Numbered from the stretch's first letter, positions 9,659-19,883 are shown. The stretch: 61,934 nucleotides of DNA from an uncultured Christensenellaceae bacterium (GCA_944381315.1 CALWKR010000055.1:1-61934); one strand, 5' to 3'. Made by a program: numbers and translations. Notes: generated from the sequence alone by a model not told the origin.

Positions 9659-10114
9659 ATGAGTTACAGCATCAAGAAAGGCGATGCGGTCATCGTCATC
9701 GCCGGCGAAGATAAAGGCAAGAGCGGACAGGTCGACAAGGTCATCATCGGCAAGGAGAACGCGAGAGTCGTAGTCAAGGGCTCCGGTCTCAAGACCGAGA
9801 AGCACTTCGTCAAGCCGCGCAGCGGCCGCGAAAAGGGCGGCATCGTCGAGAAGGAGAGGGCGATCGACATCTCCAACGTCATGATCGTCTGCCCCTCGTG
9901 CGGCAAAGCCACCAAGGTAGGACACAAGATCACCGCGGGCGACGACGGCAAGAACGTCAAGGAGCGCGTCTGCAAGCAGTGCGGCGCCAGCCTCGACAAC
10001 GTCAGCAAGGCCAAGGCCAAGACCGCTGCCAAGAAGACCGCCAAGACTGCTACCAAGTCCAAGACGGCGACCAAGAAGTCTGCCGCCAAGAAGACGGACG
10101 AAGAGAGCAAGTAA
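9659..10114 (+). CDS. rplX: 50S ribosomal protein uL24, long form (151 aa) with a CxxC...CxxC motif and a Lys/Ala/Thr-rich tail
   Basis: KOW core IKKGDAVIVIAGEDKGKSG. Cys78/81/105/108 (CPSCG...CKQCG). Tail KAKAKTAAKKTAKTATKSKTATKKSAAKKTDEESK. ATG follows GAGGAGG. Confidence 0.95.
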   Translation: MSYSIKKGDAVIVIAGEDKGKSGQVDKVIIGKENARVVVKGSGLKTEKHFVKPRSGREKGGIVEKERAIDISNVMIVCPSCGKATKVGHKITAGDDGKNVKERVCKQCGASLDNVSKAKAKTAAKKTAKTATKSKTATKKSAAKKTDEESK

Positions 10115-10129
10115 TCGGAGGACGGAAAC

Positions 10130-10684
10130 GTGAAAGAAGAGAGAGTTTACAGAGTTGCGGACACCTACAAGAACGAGGCCGCGCCCGCTCTGATCAAGAA
10201 ATTCGGATACAAGAACGTCAACGAAGTCCCCAAGCTTGTCAAGATCATCATCAACGCGGGCTTCGGCGACATCAAGGACAACAGCAAGAGCATGCAGCTT
10301 GCCATGGAAGAGCTCAAGGCCATCTCCGGTCAGGCTCCCGTCGCCACCAAGGCGAAGAAGAGCGTCGCAAACTTCAAGGTCAGAGAAGGTCAGATCATCG
10401 GCGCCAAGGTCACTCTCCGCGGCGCGAAGATGTATGACTTCATGGACAAGTTGATCTCCGTGGCTCTGCCCAGAGTCAGAGACTTCAAGGGCATCCCCGC
10501 CGATTCGTTTGACGGCAGAGGCAACTACTCGATGGGCGTCAAGGAACAGCTGATCTTCCCCGAGATCTCCTATGACAAGATCGAGAAGATCAGAGGATTT
10601 GACATCTGCTTTGTCACCACTGCCAAGACAGATGCCGAGGCAAAAGAGCTGCTTGCGTTGCTCGGTATGCCTTTTGAGAAATAA
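10130..10684 (+). CDS. rplE: 50S ribosomal protein uL5
   Basis: 184 aa, GTG start after GGAGGA, with [16 protein letters not shown]...[14 protein letters not shown]. Confidence 0.96.
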   Translation: MKEERVYRVADTYKNEAAPALIKKFGYKNVNEVPKLVKIIINAGFGDIKDNSKSMQLAMEELKAISGQAPVATKAKKSVANFKVREGQIIGAKVTLRGAKMYDFMDKLISVALPRVRDFKGIPADSFDGRGNYSMGVKEQLIFPEISYDKIEKIRGFDICFVTTAKTDAEAKELLALLGMPFEK

Positions 10685-10698
10685 GGAGGTATAGGATA

Positions 10699-10884
10699 AT
10701 GGCAAAGAAAGCTATGATCAACAAGCAGCAAAGAGCTCCCAAGTATTCTACAAGAGCATACACGAGATGCAAAATTTGCGGAAGACCTCACTCCGTACTC
10801 AGGAAGTACGGCATATGCAGAATTTGTTTCAGGAACCTTGCCTACAAGGGCGAGATCCCCGGAGTCAAGAAGGCAAGCTGGTAA
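10699..10884 (+). CDS. rpsN: 30S ribosomal protein uS14, zinc-binding type Z
   Basis: 61 aa with [22 protein letters not shown]...W. Confidence 0.97.
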   Translation: MAKKAMINKQQRAPKYSTRAYTRCKICGRPHSVLRKYGICRICFRNLAYKGEIPGVKKASW

Positions 10885-10902
10885 TTTGGAGGTAGATTAG
10901 AT

Positions 10903-11301
10903 ATGAACATAACCGATCCCATCGCCGATATGCTCACCCGTATCCGCAACGGACTCACCGCGAAGCACGAAAGCGTTGAGGTACCCTATTCGCACATCAA
11001 GAAGGCGATCGCCGACATCCTTGTCGAAGAGGGCTACATCAATTCCGTTGAGGTCAAAGAAGGCGAAGTTGCTTCCACCATGACGGTGAACCTCAAATAC
11101 GGCGCCAAGAAAGAGCGCGCGATCACCGGCATCAAGAGAATATCCAAGCCCGGTCTGAGAGTTTATGCCCCTGCGGACAAACTCCCCAAGGTCCTCGGCG
11201 GACTCGGAATAGCTATCCTGTCCACCTCCAAGGGCGTCATGACCGACAAACAGGCGAGGAACGAGAACGTAGGCGGCGAAGTGCTCGCTTACGTCTGGTA
11301 A
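10903..11301 (+). CDS. rpsH: 30S ribosomal protein uS8
   Basis: 132 aa with [13 protein letters not shown]...GGEVLAYVW. Confidence 0.98.
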   Translation: MNITDPIADMLTRIRNGLTAKHESVEVPYSHIKKAIADILVEEGYINSVEVKEGEVASTMTVNLKYGAKKERAITGIKRISKPGLRVYAPADKLPKVLGGLGIAILSTSKGVMTDKQARNENVGGEVLAYVW

Positions 11302-11312
11302 GGAGGTTTGCT

Positions 11313-11855
11313 ATGTCGAGAATAGGAAGAATGCCCGTCGTCATTCCCGCAGGCGTCGAAGTTTCGATCAGCCCCGAGAACGTCGTGACGGTGAAAGGTC
11401 CCAAGGGTACGCTCAGCAGACACGTCGACAAGTGCATCACCGTCAAGGTGGAGAACGGCGTTTTGCATTGCACCCGCGAGAACGACGAGAAGGAACAGAG
11501 AGCCAAGCACGGTCTCTATCGCAAGCTGATCGCCAACATGGTCGAGGGCGTCACCCACGGCTATCAAAAGGTCCTTACCATCAACGGTGTAGGTTACAGA
11601 GTGGTCAAGCAGGGCAACAAGCTCGTGCTGAGCATCGGCTATTCGCACAACATCGAAGTCAAAGAAGTCCCCGGCATCACCTTTGATGTCGAAGGCGAAA
11701 AGGACATCATCGTCAAGGGAATAGACAACGAGCTCGTCGGCCAAGTTGCCGCCAACATCAGATCCCTCAGGAAGCCCGATCCCTATCACGTCTACGGCAT
11801 CCGTTATAAGGATGAAGTGATCGTGCGCAAGGAAGGAAAGAAGGGTTCCAAATAA
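11313..11855 (+). CDS. rplF: 50S ribosomal protein uL6
   Basis: 180 aa starting MSRIGRMPVVIPAGVEV, with VKGPKGTL. Confidence 0.98.
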   Translation: MSRIGRMPVVIPAGVEVSISPENVVTVKGPKGTLSRHVDKCITVKVENGVLHCTRENDEKEQRAKHGLYRKLIANMVEGVTHGYQKVLTINGVGYRVVKQGNKLVLSIGYSHNIEVKEVPGITFDVEGEKDIIVKGIDNELVGQVAANIRSLRKPDPYHVYGIRYKDEVIVRKEGKKGSK

Positions 11856-11865
11856 GGAGTGAGCT

Positions 11866-12234
11866 ATGATCAACAAGATAGACAAAAACGCAATCAGACA
11901 AAAGAGACACAAGAGGCTCCGCAACAAGATCTCCGGCACTGCCGAAAGACCGCGTCTCAACGTGTACAGGAGCACCAACAATATCTCCGTACAGGTCATC
12001 GACGACGTCAAGGGCTTCACGCTCGTGGCGTGCTCCACGCTGGACAAGGATCTCGCGGCTCAGCTCGAAGGCAAGACCAAGACCGAAGCTGCCGCCATCG
12101 TCGGCAAGACGGTCGCGGAAAAGGCGCTTGCGGCAGGCATCACCGAAGTCGTGTTCGACAGAGGCGGATACCTCTATACGGGACGCGTAAAGAGCGTTGC
12201 CGACGGCGCGAGAGAAGCCGGCTTGAAGTTTTAA
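11866..12234 (+). CDS. rplR: 50S ribosomal protein uL18
   Basis: 122 aa with [20 protein letters not shown]...[26 protein letters not shown]. Confidence 0.98.
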   Translation: MINKIDKNAIRQKRHKRLRNKISGTAERPRLNVYRSTNNISVQVIDDVKGFTLVACSTLDKDLAAQLEGKTKTEAAAIVGKTVAEKALAAGITEVVFDRGGYLYTGRVKSVADGAREAGLKF

Positions 12235-12249
12235 TCGGAGGAAGAACCA

Positions 12250-12765
12250 ATGGCTAGAAGAGACAACAAATTCCAGCAGGGCGAGAAGGAAGAACTTCTC
12301 AACAAGCTCATCGCAGTCAACCGCGTCACCAAGGTCGTCAAGGGCGGCAAGACGATGAGATTCTCCGCACTCATAGTCGTCGGCGACGGCAACGGAAGCA
12401 TCGGCGTCGGCATGGGCAAGGCTGCCGAGGTCCCCGAGGCGATCAAGAAGGCGACCGCCGTTGCCAAGCGCAACATGGTCAAGGTCTCGACCAGCGGCAC
12501 GACCATCCCCCACGAGGCGATCGGCGTGTTCGGCAAGGGCAAAGTCATCATGATGCCTGCCGAAGAAGGTACCGGCGTCATCGCCGGCGGCCCCGTCAGA
12601 GCAGTCCTCGAAGTGACCGGCATCAAAGATATCCGCACCAAGTCCATCGGCAGCAACAATCCGATCAACTGCGTCAAGGCGACCTTCAATGCGTTGCAGC
12701 AGCTCAGAACGGTCGAGCAGGTTGCGGCTCTCCGCGGCAAGACCGTCGAAGAGATCATGGGCTGA
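12250..12765 (+). CDS. rpsE: 30S ribosomal protein uS5
   Basis: 171 aa with [27 protein letters not shown]. Confidence 0.98.
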   Translation: MARRDNKFQQGEKEELLNKLIAVNRVTKVVKGGKTMRFSALIVVGDGNGSIGVGMGKAAEVPEAIKKATAVAKRNMVKVSTSGTTIPHEAIGVFGKGKVIMMPAEEGTGVIAGGPVRAVLEVTGIKDIRTKSIGSNNPINCVKATFNALQQLRTVEQVAALRGKTVEEIMG

Positions 12766-12775
12766 GGAGGCAACT

Positions 12776-12958
12776 ATGGACAAGAAAATCAAAGTTACTC
12801 TCAAAAAGAGCACGATCGGCTGCACCGCCAAACAGAAGGCGACTGTCCAAGCTCTCGGGCTCAAAAAGGTAGGCAGCACCAACGTGCTCGCCGACAACGA
12901 CTGCACGAAGGGCATGATCGGCATCGTCGCACACCTCGTCCAAGTCGAAGAAGCATAA
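12776..12958 (+). CDS. rpmD: 50S ribosomal protein uL30
   Basis: 60 aa starting MDKKIKVTLKKSTIGCTAKQKATVQALGLKK. ATG follows GAGGAGG. The track ORF from 12689 is an extension. Confidence 0.95.
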   Translation: MDKKIKVTLKKSTIGCTAKQKATVQALGLKKVGSTNVLADNDCTKGMIGIVAHLVQVEEA

Positions 12959-12968
12959 GGAGTAGACA

Positions 12969-13412
12969 ATGAAACTTCACGAAATGGCTCCCGCAGTCGG
13001 AGCGAAGAAAGAAGCCAGAAGAGTGGGCAGAGGCATCGGCTCCGGCATCGGCAAGACGTCGGGCAAGGGCCACAAAGGCCAATGGGCCCGCAGCGGCGGC
13101 GGCGTCAGACCCGGGTTCGAAGGCGGACAGATGCCTTTGACCAGACGCATCCCCAAGAGAGGCTTCAACAACGTATTCAAAAAGCAGTACACCATCGTCA
13201 ACGTCGGCGCTCTCGAAGCATTTGAGGACGGCGCAGTCGTAGACGCGGCGGCTCTCGAAGAGGCAGGCATCATCTCCAAGGTCGAGCACTATGGCATCAA
13301 GGTCCTCGGCGGCGGAGAGCTGACCAAGAAGCTCACCGTCAAGGCGGCGAAGTTCTCCGAGTCGGCAAAAGAGGCGATAACCAAGGCAGGCGGCAGCGCA
13401 GAGGTACTCTAA
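12969..13412 (+). CDS. rplO: 50S ribosomal protein uL15
   Basis: 147 aa with [21 protein letters not shown]. Confidence 0.98.
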   Translation: MKLHEMAPAVGAKKEARRVGRGIGSGIGKTSGKGHKGQWARSGGGVRPGFEGGQMPLTRRIPKRGFNNVFKKQYTIVNVGALEAFEDGAVVDAAALEEAGIISKVEHYGIKVLGGGELTKKLTVKAAKFSESAKEAITKAGGSAEVL

Positions 13413-13413
13413 T

Positions 13414-14709
13414 ATGTGGCAAACAATCAAAAACGCTTTCGGAGACAAAAGCATTCGCAACAAGATATTCTTTACACTTGCGATGTTGCTTGTGTACAGG
13501 ATAGGCTGTTACATCCCCGTGCCGGGACTCAACTTCGACGCAGTCGAGTCGGCAGTCAACGGCGACGGAGGCAACACATTGCTCCAAGTCATCAACGTGG
13601 TGACCGGCGGCTCTCTCGGAAACGGTACGTTGTTTGCACTCGGCATACTGCCGTTCATCAACAGCTTCATCATCATGCAGCTGCTGACCTTGATAATCCC
13701 GCCCCTCGAAAGACTCTCCAAAGAGGGTGACGAGGGCAGAGCAAAGATCACCAAGATCACCAGATACGTCGCGATCCTTCTCGGCATAGTCCAGGGCATC
13801 GGCATCGTGGTCACCTATCACAACTCGGGAGCGATCGAGCCCACGCTCGGCAGCGAAGCCGTCAGCGGCGCGATCATCATCATCTTGATGACCGCAGGCT
13901 CCACGCTCGTAATGTGGCTGTCCGAGCGCATCACCGAAAAAGGCATCGGCAACGGTTCGTCGATGATCATCTTCATCGGCATCATCGCGTCGTTTGCGAC
14001 GTCGTTGGTCGGCGCGTTCGGCACTCTGGGCGACGAGCCCAACAACATCTGGTACATCCTCGGCTATCTGTTGGTCGTCGTGGTGCTGTTCATCTTCATC
14101 GTGTTCATCGACGGAGCGGAGCGCCGCATCAAGGTCAACTATGCCAAGCAGGTCAAGGGCAACAAAATGTACGGCGGCCAGTCCACCTACATCCCGATGA
14201 AGGTCAACGGAAGCGGCGTCATGCCCATCATCTTCGCGTCGGCGTTCATGGTGTTCCCGCAAATGATCCTGTCCTTCGTGTCCCAGACGAGCAGCGTGGT
14301 CACGTTCTACCTGCAATATCTCGGACCCGGCACCGCGGTGTACTACATCGTCATGTTCCTGCTGATCATCTTCTTCGCATACTTCTATGCGCAGATACAG
14401 TTCAACCCGATCGACGTTGCGCGCAACCTCCAACAGTACGGCGGCGTCATCCAGGGCGTCAGGAGCGGCAAGCCGACCAGTGAATATCTGGCAAAGATCA
14501 ATCACAGGATCACGCTTTTCGGAGCGCTCTTCCTCGCGATCGTCGCGATCGTTCCTACCTTCCTGTTCGACTGGCTCGGTCAGCCGATCGGCATGGTGAA
14601 CGCGTTCAGCGCAACGGGTATGCTGATCATCGTCAGCGTCGCGCTCGAACTCGACAAGCAGCTCGAATCGCAGATCATGATGAGGCACTACAAGGGCTTC
14701 CTCAAATAA
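13414..14709 (+). CDS. secY: Preprotein translocase subunit SecY
   Basis: 431 aa, multi-TM, with LGILPFINSFIIMQLL and the conserved position after rplO. Confidence 0.98.
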   Translation: MWQTIKNAFGDKSIRNKIFFTLAMLLVYRIGCYIPVPGLNFDAVESAVNGDGGNTLLQVINVVTGGSLGNGTLFALGILPFINSFIIMQLLTLIIPPLERLSKEGDEGRAKITKITRYVAILLGIVQGIGIVVTYHNSGAIEPTLGSEAVSGAIIIILMTAGSTLVMWLSERITEKGIGNGSSMIIFIGIIASFATSLVGAFGTLGDEPNNIWYILGYLLVVVVLFIFIVFIDGAERRIKVNYAKQVKGNKMYGGQSTYIPMKVNGSGVMPIIFASAFMVFPQMILSFVSQTSSVVTFYLQYLGPGTAVYYIVMFLLIIFFAYFYAQIQFNPIDVARNLQQYGGVIQGVRSGKPTSEYLAKINHRITLFGALFLAIVAIVPTFLFDWLGQPIGMVNAFSATGMLIIVSVALELDKQLESQIMMRHYKGFLK

Positions 14710-14712
14710 GCG

Positions 14713-15339
14713 ATGAAAGGAATAGTATTACTGGGCGCGCCCGGTGCAGGCAAGGGCACGCAGGCAAAATTGATAGCGAGCAGGTACGCTCTCCCGCACA
14801 TCTCGACGGGCGACATCCTGCGGAGCAACATAAAGAACGGCACAGAGCTGGGCAGTCTCGCAAAGAGTTTCATTGACGAGGGAAAGCTCGTGCCCGACGA
14901 AGTCGTCGTCGCGATCGTCAAGGACCGTTTGGCTCAGCCCGACTGCAAAGAAGGGTTTTTGCTGGACGGATTCCCGAGGACGACGGAGCAAGCCAAGGCG
15001 CTTGCCTCCTTCGCGACGGTGACCCACGCGATAGACATCGAGGTGGACGCGGACGAGGTGGTCAAGCGCATCGCCGGCAGACGTATGTGCGCATGCGGCG
15101 AGAGCTATCACATCTCCACTCATCCTTCTGCTGTCTGCGACAAGTGCGGCGGCGCGTTGTATCAGCGCGACGACGACAAGGAAGAGACGGTCGCCAACAG
15201 GCTTCGCGTCTATTTCGACCAGACGGCTCCGTTGATCGACTACTATCGCAGCGCGGGCGTTCTGTTCAAAGTGAACGGCATGCAGAGCGTGGACGAAGTG
15301 TTCGGCGAGATAAAGGAAGTGCTCGATGGTAACGATTAA
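14713..15339 (+). CDS. adk: Adenylate kinase
   Basis: 208 aa with GAPGAGKGTQA. The lid carries Cys ligands CAC...CDKCGG. Confidence 0.97.
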   Translation: MKGIVLLGAPGAGKGTQAKLIASRYALPHISTGDILRSNIKNGTELGSLAKSFIDEGKLVPDEVVVAIVKDRLAQPDCKEGFLLDGFPRTTEQAKALASFATVTHAIDIEVDADEVVKRIAGRRMCACGESYHISTHPSAVCDKCGGALYQRDDDKEETVANRLRVYFDQTAPLIDYYRSAGVLFKVNGMQSVDEVFGEIKEVLDGND

Positions 15340-16072
15340 GACAGACGAAGAGATCGCTTTGATGCGCAAGGCCAATGAGATCGTCAGAGACGTGCTCAGC
15401 CTTGTCGAAGAAAAGATCAAGCCGGGCATGACGACCAAGCAGATCGACAAGATAGTCCATGACTACATCGTCAAATGCGGCGCCAAGCCCTCCTTCCTCG
15501 GATATGAAGGTTACCCCGGATCTGCGTGCGTGTCGATCGACGACGAGGTCGTCCACGGCATCCCCAGCTCCAACAGGCGCATAGAAGAGGGACAGATCGT
15601 CAGCGTCGACGTGGGCAGCATCTACAAGGGCTACAACGGAGACGCGGCGCGTACATTCGCGATAGGACAAGTCAGCGACGTCAAGCGCAAGCTGATCGAT
15701 GTGACCAAGCAGAGCTTCTTCGAGGGGATCAAGATCCTCCGCGACGGAGTGAGGCTGGGAGATCTCGGCCATGCTATCCAAAGCTATGTGGAGGCCAACG
15801 GCTTCTCCGTTGTCCGCGCGCTGTGCGGACACGGCATAGGCACGGATATGCACGAAGATCCCGAAGTGCTCAACTTCGGCACGCCGGGACACGGGCTCAA
15901 AGTCAAGACCAATATGACGATCGCGATCGAGCCCATGGTCAACGCGGGCACATACGACGTCGTCATGCTGGACGACGGATGGACGGTGGTCACCGCGGAC
16001 GGCAAGCCGTCGGCGCACTACGAAAACACGGTGGCGATCACCCCCGACGGAGTGGAGATCCTCTCTCTATGA
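15326..16072 (+). CDS. map: Type I methionine aminopeptidase
   Basis: 248 aa with VVHGIPS...SVDVG...CGHGIG...IEPM. Overlaps adk by 14 nt. Confidence 0.97.
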   Translation: MVTIKTDEEIALMRKANEIVRDVLSLVEEKIKPGMTTKQIDKIVHDYIVKCGAKPSFLGYEGYPGSACVSIDDEVVHGIPSSNRRIEEGQIVSVDVGSIYKGYNGDAARTFAIGQVSDVKRKLIDVTKQSFFEGIKILRDGVRLGDLGHAIQSYVEANGFSVVRALCGHGIGTDMHEDPEVLNFGTPGHGLKVKTNMTIAIEPMVNAGTYDVVMLDDGWTVVTADGKPSAHYENTVAITPDGVEILSL

Positions 16073-16332
16073 AGAAGGAGAGGCAGACGCTTCGAGTGGC
16101 GGACATCGCCAAGTCGCTTGCGGGGCACGACAAGGGCAAGTACTATGTCGTGGTCGCAGAGCTCGGCGAAGACTTCGTGCTCGTATGCGACGGGGAGAGA
16201 CGCAAGAGAGACGACCCCAAGACCAAACGGCGCAAGCACCTCGCCTTTGTCGCCAAGGCGGACATGGCGGGCAAGACGGACGACGCGGCGATAGCCGAAG
16301 CGATAAGACGATACCGCAATCAGGAGGACTAA
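16069..16332 (+). CDS. Small KOW-domain protein (the map-infA spacer gene common in Clostridia)
   Basis: 87 aa starting [32 protein letters not shown] overlaps the map TGA. Only the 3' part of track ORF 15526..16332 is coding. Confidence 0.75.
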   Translation: MKKERQTLRVADIAKSLAGHDKGKYYVVVAELGEDFVLVCDGERRKRDDPKTKRRKHLAFVAKADMAGKTDDAAIAEAIRRYRNQED

Positions 16333-16553
16333 TGTCAAAGGAAGACTTGATCGAAGCAGAGGGAGAAGTCATAGAAGTTCTTCCCAACACCAAGTTCCGG
16401 ATAAGGCTGACCAACAAACACGAGATCATCGCCTATCTGTCCGGCAAACTGCGCAAGAATTATATAAAGATCCTCGAAGGTGACACGGTGAGGGTCGAGA
16501 TAAGCCCCTACGACTTGACCAAGGGCAGGATCGTATGGCGCAACAAGAACTGA
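16332..16553 (+). CDS. infA: Translation initiation factor IF-1
   Basis: 73 aa starting [26 protein letters not shown], with [21 protein letters not shown]. Confidence 0.98.
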   Translation: MSKEDLIEAEGEVIEVLPNTKFRIRLTNKHEIIAYLSGKLRKNYIKILEGDTVRVEISPYDLTKGRIVWRNKN

Positions 16554-16575
16554 AAAATTTTCGGAGGACAAAGAA

Positions 16576-16692
16576 ATGAAAGTCAGACCTTCTGTAAAAC
16601 CCATCTGCGACAAATGCAGGGTCATCAAGAGAGACGGCAAAGTGATGGTCATCTGCTCAAAGTACAAAAAACACAAGCAGAGACAGGGCTGA
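16576..16692 (+). CDS. rpmJ: 50S ribosomal protein bL36 (Cys/His zinc form)
   Basis: Hand-translated 38 aa [38 protein letters not shown], too short for the ORF track. GGAGGA SD at 16563-16568. Confidence 0.95.
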   Translation: MKVRPSVKPICDKCRVIKRDGKVMVICSKYKKHKQRQG

Positions 16693-16719
16693 GAGTTTTT
16701 TCAAACAGCCCAAAATTTG

Positions 16720-16748
16720 TTGCTATCGTATCGCAAATGTGATATACT
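16720..16748 (+). promoter_or_regulatory. Internal promoter for the alpha operon (rpsM-rpsK-rpsD-rpoA-rplQ)
   Basis: TTGCTA (16720-16725), 17-nt spacer, TATACT (16743-16748) preceded by TGa (extended -10). A leader of about 110 nt runs to rpsM. Confidence 0.6.
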
Positions 16749-16867
16749 GCACAAGCAAAAAGTCTATTACACGAGAGGGAGCGGCTGGACATGGCGCCTC
16801 ATTCTACCTACTACGGGCGCGATGTTTTCCCAAATCGTCTAATAATACAATATTCGGAGGTACATTA

Positions 16868-17236
16868 ATGGCTCGTATTGCCGGCGTGGATTTACCGCGC
16901 GAAAAGAGAGTGGAGATCGGACTTACCTATATCTACGGTATAGGCAGGGTCACTTCCAACAAGATCCTTGCGGCGACCGGGATCGATCCCGACACCCGCG
17001 TCAGAGATCTTACGGAAGACCAAGTAGGAAAGATCCGTGAGTACATCGACCACAACCTGAGCGTCGAAGGCGATCTGAAGAGGGAAGTCAAGCTCAACAT
17101 CAAGAGATTGACCGAGATCGGATGCTACAGAGGCATCAGACACCGCAAGGGTCTGCCCGTCAGAGGACAGAATACCAAGCAGAACGCTCGCACAAGAAAA
17201 GGACCGAAGAAGACGGTCAGCCGCAAAAAGAAGTAA
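16868..17236 (+). CDS. rpsM: 30S ribosomal protein uS13
   Basis: [26 protein letters not shown]... ATG follows GGAGG. Confidence 0.98.
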   Translation: MARIAGVDLPREKRVEIGLTYIYGIGRVTSNKILAATGIDPDTRVRDLTEDQVGKIREYIDHNLSVEGDLKREVKLNIKRLTEIGCYRGIRHRKGLPVRGQNTKQNARTRKGPKKTVSRKKK

Positions 17237-17248
17237 GGAGCAGCGATC

Positions 17249-17647
17249 ATGGCAGTAAAGAAAAACGCAACGACCAAAAAACGCAATGTCAACAAGCGTC
17301 GTGTCGAGAATGGCGCGGCTCATATCCACGCTTCTTTCAACAACACGATCGTCACCATCACCGATCTGCAGGGCAACGCTATCAGCTGGTCCAGCAGCGG
17401 CAAACTCAAATTGAGAGGTTCCAAGAAGTCCACCGCTTTTGCGGCGCAGCTCGTCTCCGAGGACGCTGCAAAGGTCGCTTATGACAGCGGCCTCAGGACT
17501 GTGGAAGTCTATGTCAAAGGCCCCGGCGCAGGACGCGAGTCCGCGATCAGAGCGCTCGAGGCTGCGGGACTCAAAGTCACGTTGATCAAGGACGTTTCGC
17601 CGATCCCGCACAACGGTTGCCGTCCGCCCAAGCGCAGAAGGCTGTAA
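17249..17647 (+). CDS. rpsK: 30S ribosomal protein uS11
   Basis: 132 aa with [16 protein letters not shown]...[12 protein letters not shown]. Confidence 0.98.
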   Translation: MAVKKNATTKKRNVNKRRVENGAAHIHASFNNTIVTITDLQGNAISWSSSGKLKLRGSKKSTAFAAQLVSEDAAKVAYDSGLRTVEVYVKGPGAGRESAIRALEAAGLKVTLIKDVSPIPHNGCRPPKRRRL

Positions 17648-17663
17648 TCAGGAGGTATAAACT

Positions 17664-18254
17664 ATGGCAAGATATAGAGGACCTATTCTCAAGAAGTGCA
17701 GGGCTCTCGGCATCACGCCTGCCGAGTTGGGTACCGAAAAGAGATCCAAGAAGGAGCTCAAGCCTTCGCGCAAGAAGCCGAGCGACTATTCGCAGCAGCT
17801 CAAAGAGAAACAGAAGGTCAAGTTCATCTACGGTGTGCTCGAAAAGCAGTTCAGAAACTACTACGACAAGGCTTCCAGACAGCGCGGCATCACCGGTGAA
17901 AACATGCTCATCATGCTCGAGAGCAGACTTGACAACGTCGTGTTCCGCATGACGATAGCAAAGACGAGAGGACAGGCAAGACAGATGGTCAACCACGGTC
18001 TTATCACCGTCAACGGCAAGTGCGTCAACATTGCGTCCTACCTCGTAAAGAAAGGCGATGTCATCGCCGTGAAGGAAAACAAAAAAGACAAAAAAGTTTT
18101 CGAGGCTCTCAAAGCCGGCAAGTCTCTCGGCTTGCCCAAGTGGATGGAATTCGACAACGAATCCCTCACAGGCAAGGTCCTCGAGCTTCCGACAAGGGAG
18201 GATATCGATCCCAGCATCGAAGAGCACCTTATCGTCGAGTTGTATTCCAAATAA
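17664..18254 (+). CDS. rpsD: 30S ribosomal protein uS4
   Basis: 196 aa starting MARYRGPILKKCRALG, with an S4 domain (RLDNVVFR). Confidence 0.98.
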   Translation: MARYRGPILKKCRALGITPAELGTEKRSKKELKPSRKKPSDYSQQLKEKQKVKFIYGVLEKQFRNYYDKASRQRGITGENMLIMLESRLDNVVFRMTIAKTRGQARQMVNHGLITVNGKCVNIASYLVKKGDVIAVKENKKDKKVFEALKAGKSLGLPKWMEFDNESLTGKVLELPTREDIDPSIEEHLIVELYSK

Positions 18255-18280
18255 CGGCATAGTCGTTCAGGAGGTAGAAA

Positions 18281-19234
18281 ATGATAGAGATTCAAAAGCC
18301 AAGGATCGAGTGCATAGACGTAGTCGAGGGCAGAGAGATGAAGTTCGTCGTAGAACCGCTCGAGCGCGGATTCGGTACGACGATCGGCAACGCGTTGAGA
18401 AGGATCTTGCTCAGCGCTCTTCCCGGCGCGGCTCCCGTCAGCATCAAGATCGACGGCGTCAAGCATGAGTTCAGCTCCGTTCCCGGCGTGAAAGAGGACG
18501 TCACCGAGATCATCCTCAACATCAAGGGACTTGCTGTCAAAGCTCACAGCGAAGACAAGAATTTCAGGCAGGTCATCAAGCTGCGCAAGGACACCGCGGG
18601 CGTTGTCACCGCCGGCGACATCGAGCACGGCTCCGACATCGAGATCCTCAATCCCGATATGTACATCTGCACCCTCGACGAGGGCGCCGTCCTCAACATG
18701 GACATCACGATCGGCATCGGCAGAGGATATGTACCTGCGACCGCCAACAAGGACGAGACTCAGCCCATCGGCTACATCCCCGTCGACTCCATCTTCACCC
18801 CCGTGGAGAGCGCGAGCTACGTCGTCGAGAGCACCAGATTGGGACAAGACATCAACTATGACAAGCTGACCGTCGAGGTGTCCACCAACGGCACCGCCAC
18901 TCCGCGCGAAGTCATCAGCCTCGCCGCGAAGATCCTCGAAGATCACATCAACCTGTTCGTCAACCTCGTCGATACGATGAAGAACAGGGAGATCCTGATC
19001 AGCCAGGACGACGAGAAGGCTCACAAGAAGCTCGAGATGAGCATTGAGGACTTGGATCTTTCGGTCCGCTCCTACAATTGCTTGAAGAGAGCCGGAATAC
19101 ACACCGTGCAGGACTTGACCAAGAAGACGGAAGACGAGATGCTCAAAGTGCGCAATCTCGGCAAGAAGTCGCTTGACGAGGTCATCAAGAAGATCAAAGA
19201 TCTCGGATTCGACCTGCGCAGCAAAGACGAATAA
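18281..19234 (+). CDS. rpoA: DNA-directed RNA polymerase alpha subunit
   Basis: 317 aa with [16 protein letters not shown] and the C-terminal domain motif [14 protein letters not shown]. Confidence 0.98.
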   Translation: MIEIQKPRIECIDVVEGREMKFVVEPLERGFGTTIGNALRRILLSALPGAAPVSIKIDGVKHEFSSVPGVKEDVTEIILNIKGLAVKAHSEDKNFRQVIKLRKDTAGVVTAGDIEHGSDIEILNPDMYICTLDEGAVLNMDITIGIGRGYVPATANKDETQPIGYIPVDSIFTPVESASYVVESTRLGQDINYDKLTVEVSTNGTATPREVISLAAKILEDHINLFVNLVDTMKNREILISQDDEKAHKKLEMSIEDLDLSVRSYNCLKRAGIHTVQDLTKKTEDEMLKVRNLGKKSLDEVIKKIKDLGFDLRSKDE

Positions 19235-19245
19235 AGGAGACAGAC

Positions 19246-19779
19246 ATGAAGAAATTGGGTAGAACCGCAGAACAGAGAATGGCTATGATTCGTACTCAGG
19301 CTTCCGAGTTGCTTTGGAACGGTCGTCTTGAAACCACCGTCGACAGAGCCAAGGAAGTCGGCAGATATGCCGAGAAAATGCTGACCCTTGCGATCAACAC
19401 CTACGAGGACACCGTCGTCGTTCAAAAAGAGAAGATCCAAAAGGTCAAGGACAAAGAAGAAAAGGTCATGGTCGATGTGGTCAACGACGGAGTCAAGAAG
19501 CTCGCCGCAAGACGCGCTTTGATGGCAGGACTTCGTGACCTCAAACCCCTCAAACAGGAAAAGGAAAGCAAGGGCGATTACAATGCAAGACTCAGAAGCG
19601 TCAAGCATCCTCTCGTCGAGAAGCTTTTCAGAGAGTACGCTCCCTTCTATGCTGCCCGCGCGGAGAAGTGCGGTCAGAAGGGCGGCTACACCCGCATCAT
19701 CAAACTTGGTCAAAGACGCGGCGACGGCGCCGAGATCGCGATCATCGAGATGGTCAAGGATGAGCCTGCCAAGAAGTAA
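19246..19779 (+). CDS. rplQ: 50S ribosomal protein bL17, expanded form (177 aa)
   Basis: The core ends match bL17 (MKKLGRTAEQRMAM...; GGYTRIIKLGQRRGDGAEIAIIEMV). Lys/Glu-rich insertions lie between them. Confidence 0.93.
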   Translation: MKKLGRTAEQRMAMIRTQASELLWNGRLETTVDRAKEVGRYAEKMLTLAINTYEDTVVVQKEKIQKVKDKEEKVMVDVVNDGVKKLAARRALMAGLRDLKPLKQEKESKGDYNARLRSVKHPLVEKLFREYAPFYAARAEKCGQKGGYTRIIKLGQRRGDGAEIAIIEMVKDEPAKK

Positions 19780-19790
19780 ACGACTTTTCG

Positions 19791-19820
19791 CGGCCGAGCG
19801 CAAGCTCGGCCGTTTTTTTA
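19791..19820 (+). terminator. Rho-independent terminator ending the ribosomal supercluster
   Basis: CGGCCGAGC-GCAA-GCTCGGCCG followed by TTTTTTT. Confidence 0.9.
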
Positions 19821-19883
19821 TGCCGAATTCGCGCCGCAAGCCGAGCGACGGAAGCTGCAAGCAAGCGACGGGCAAATATCGCG

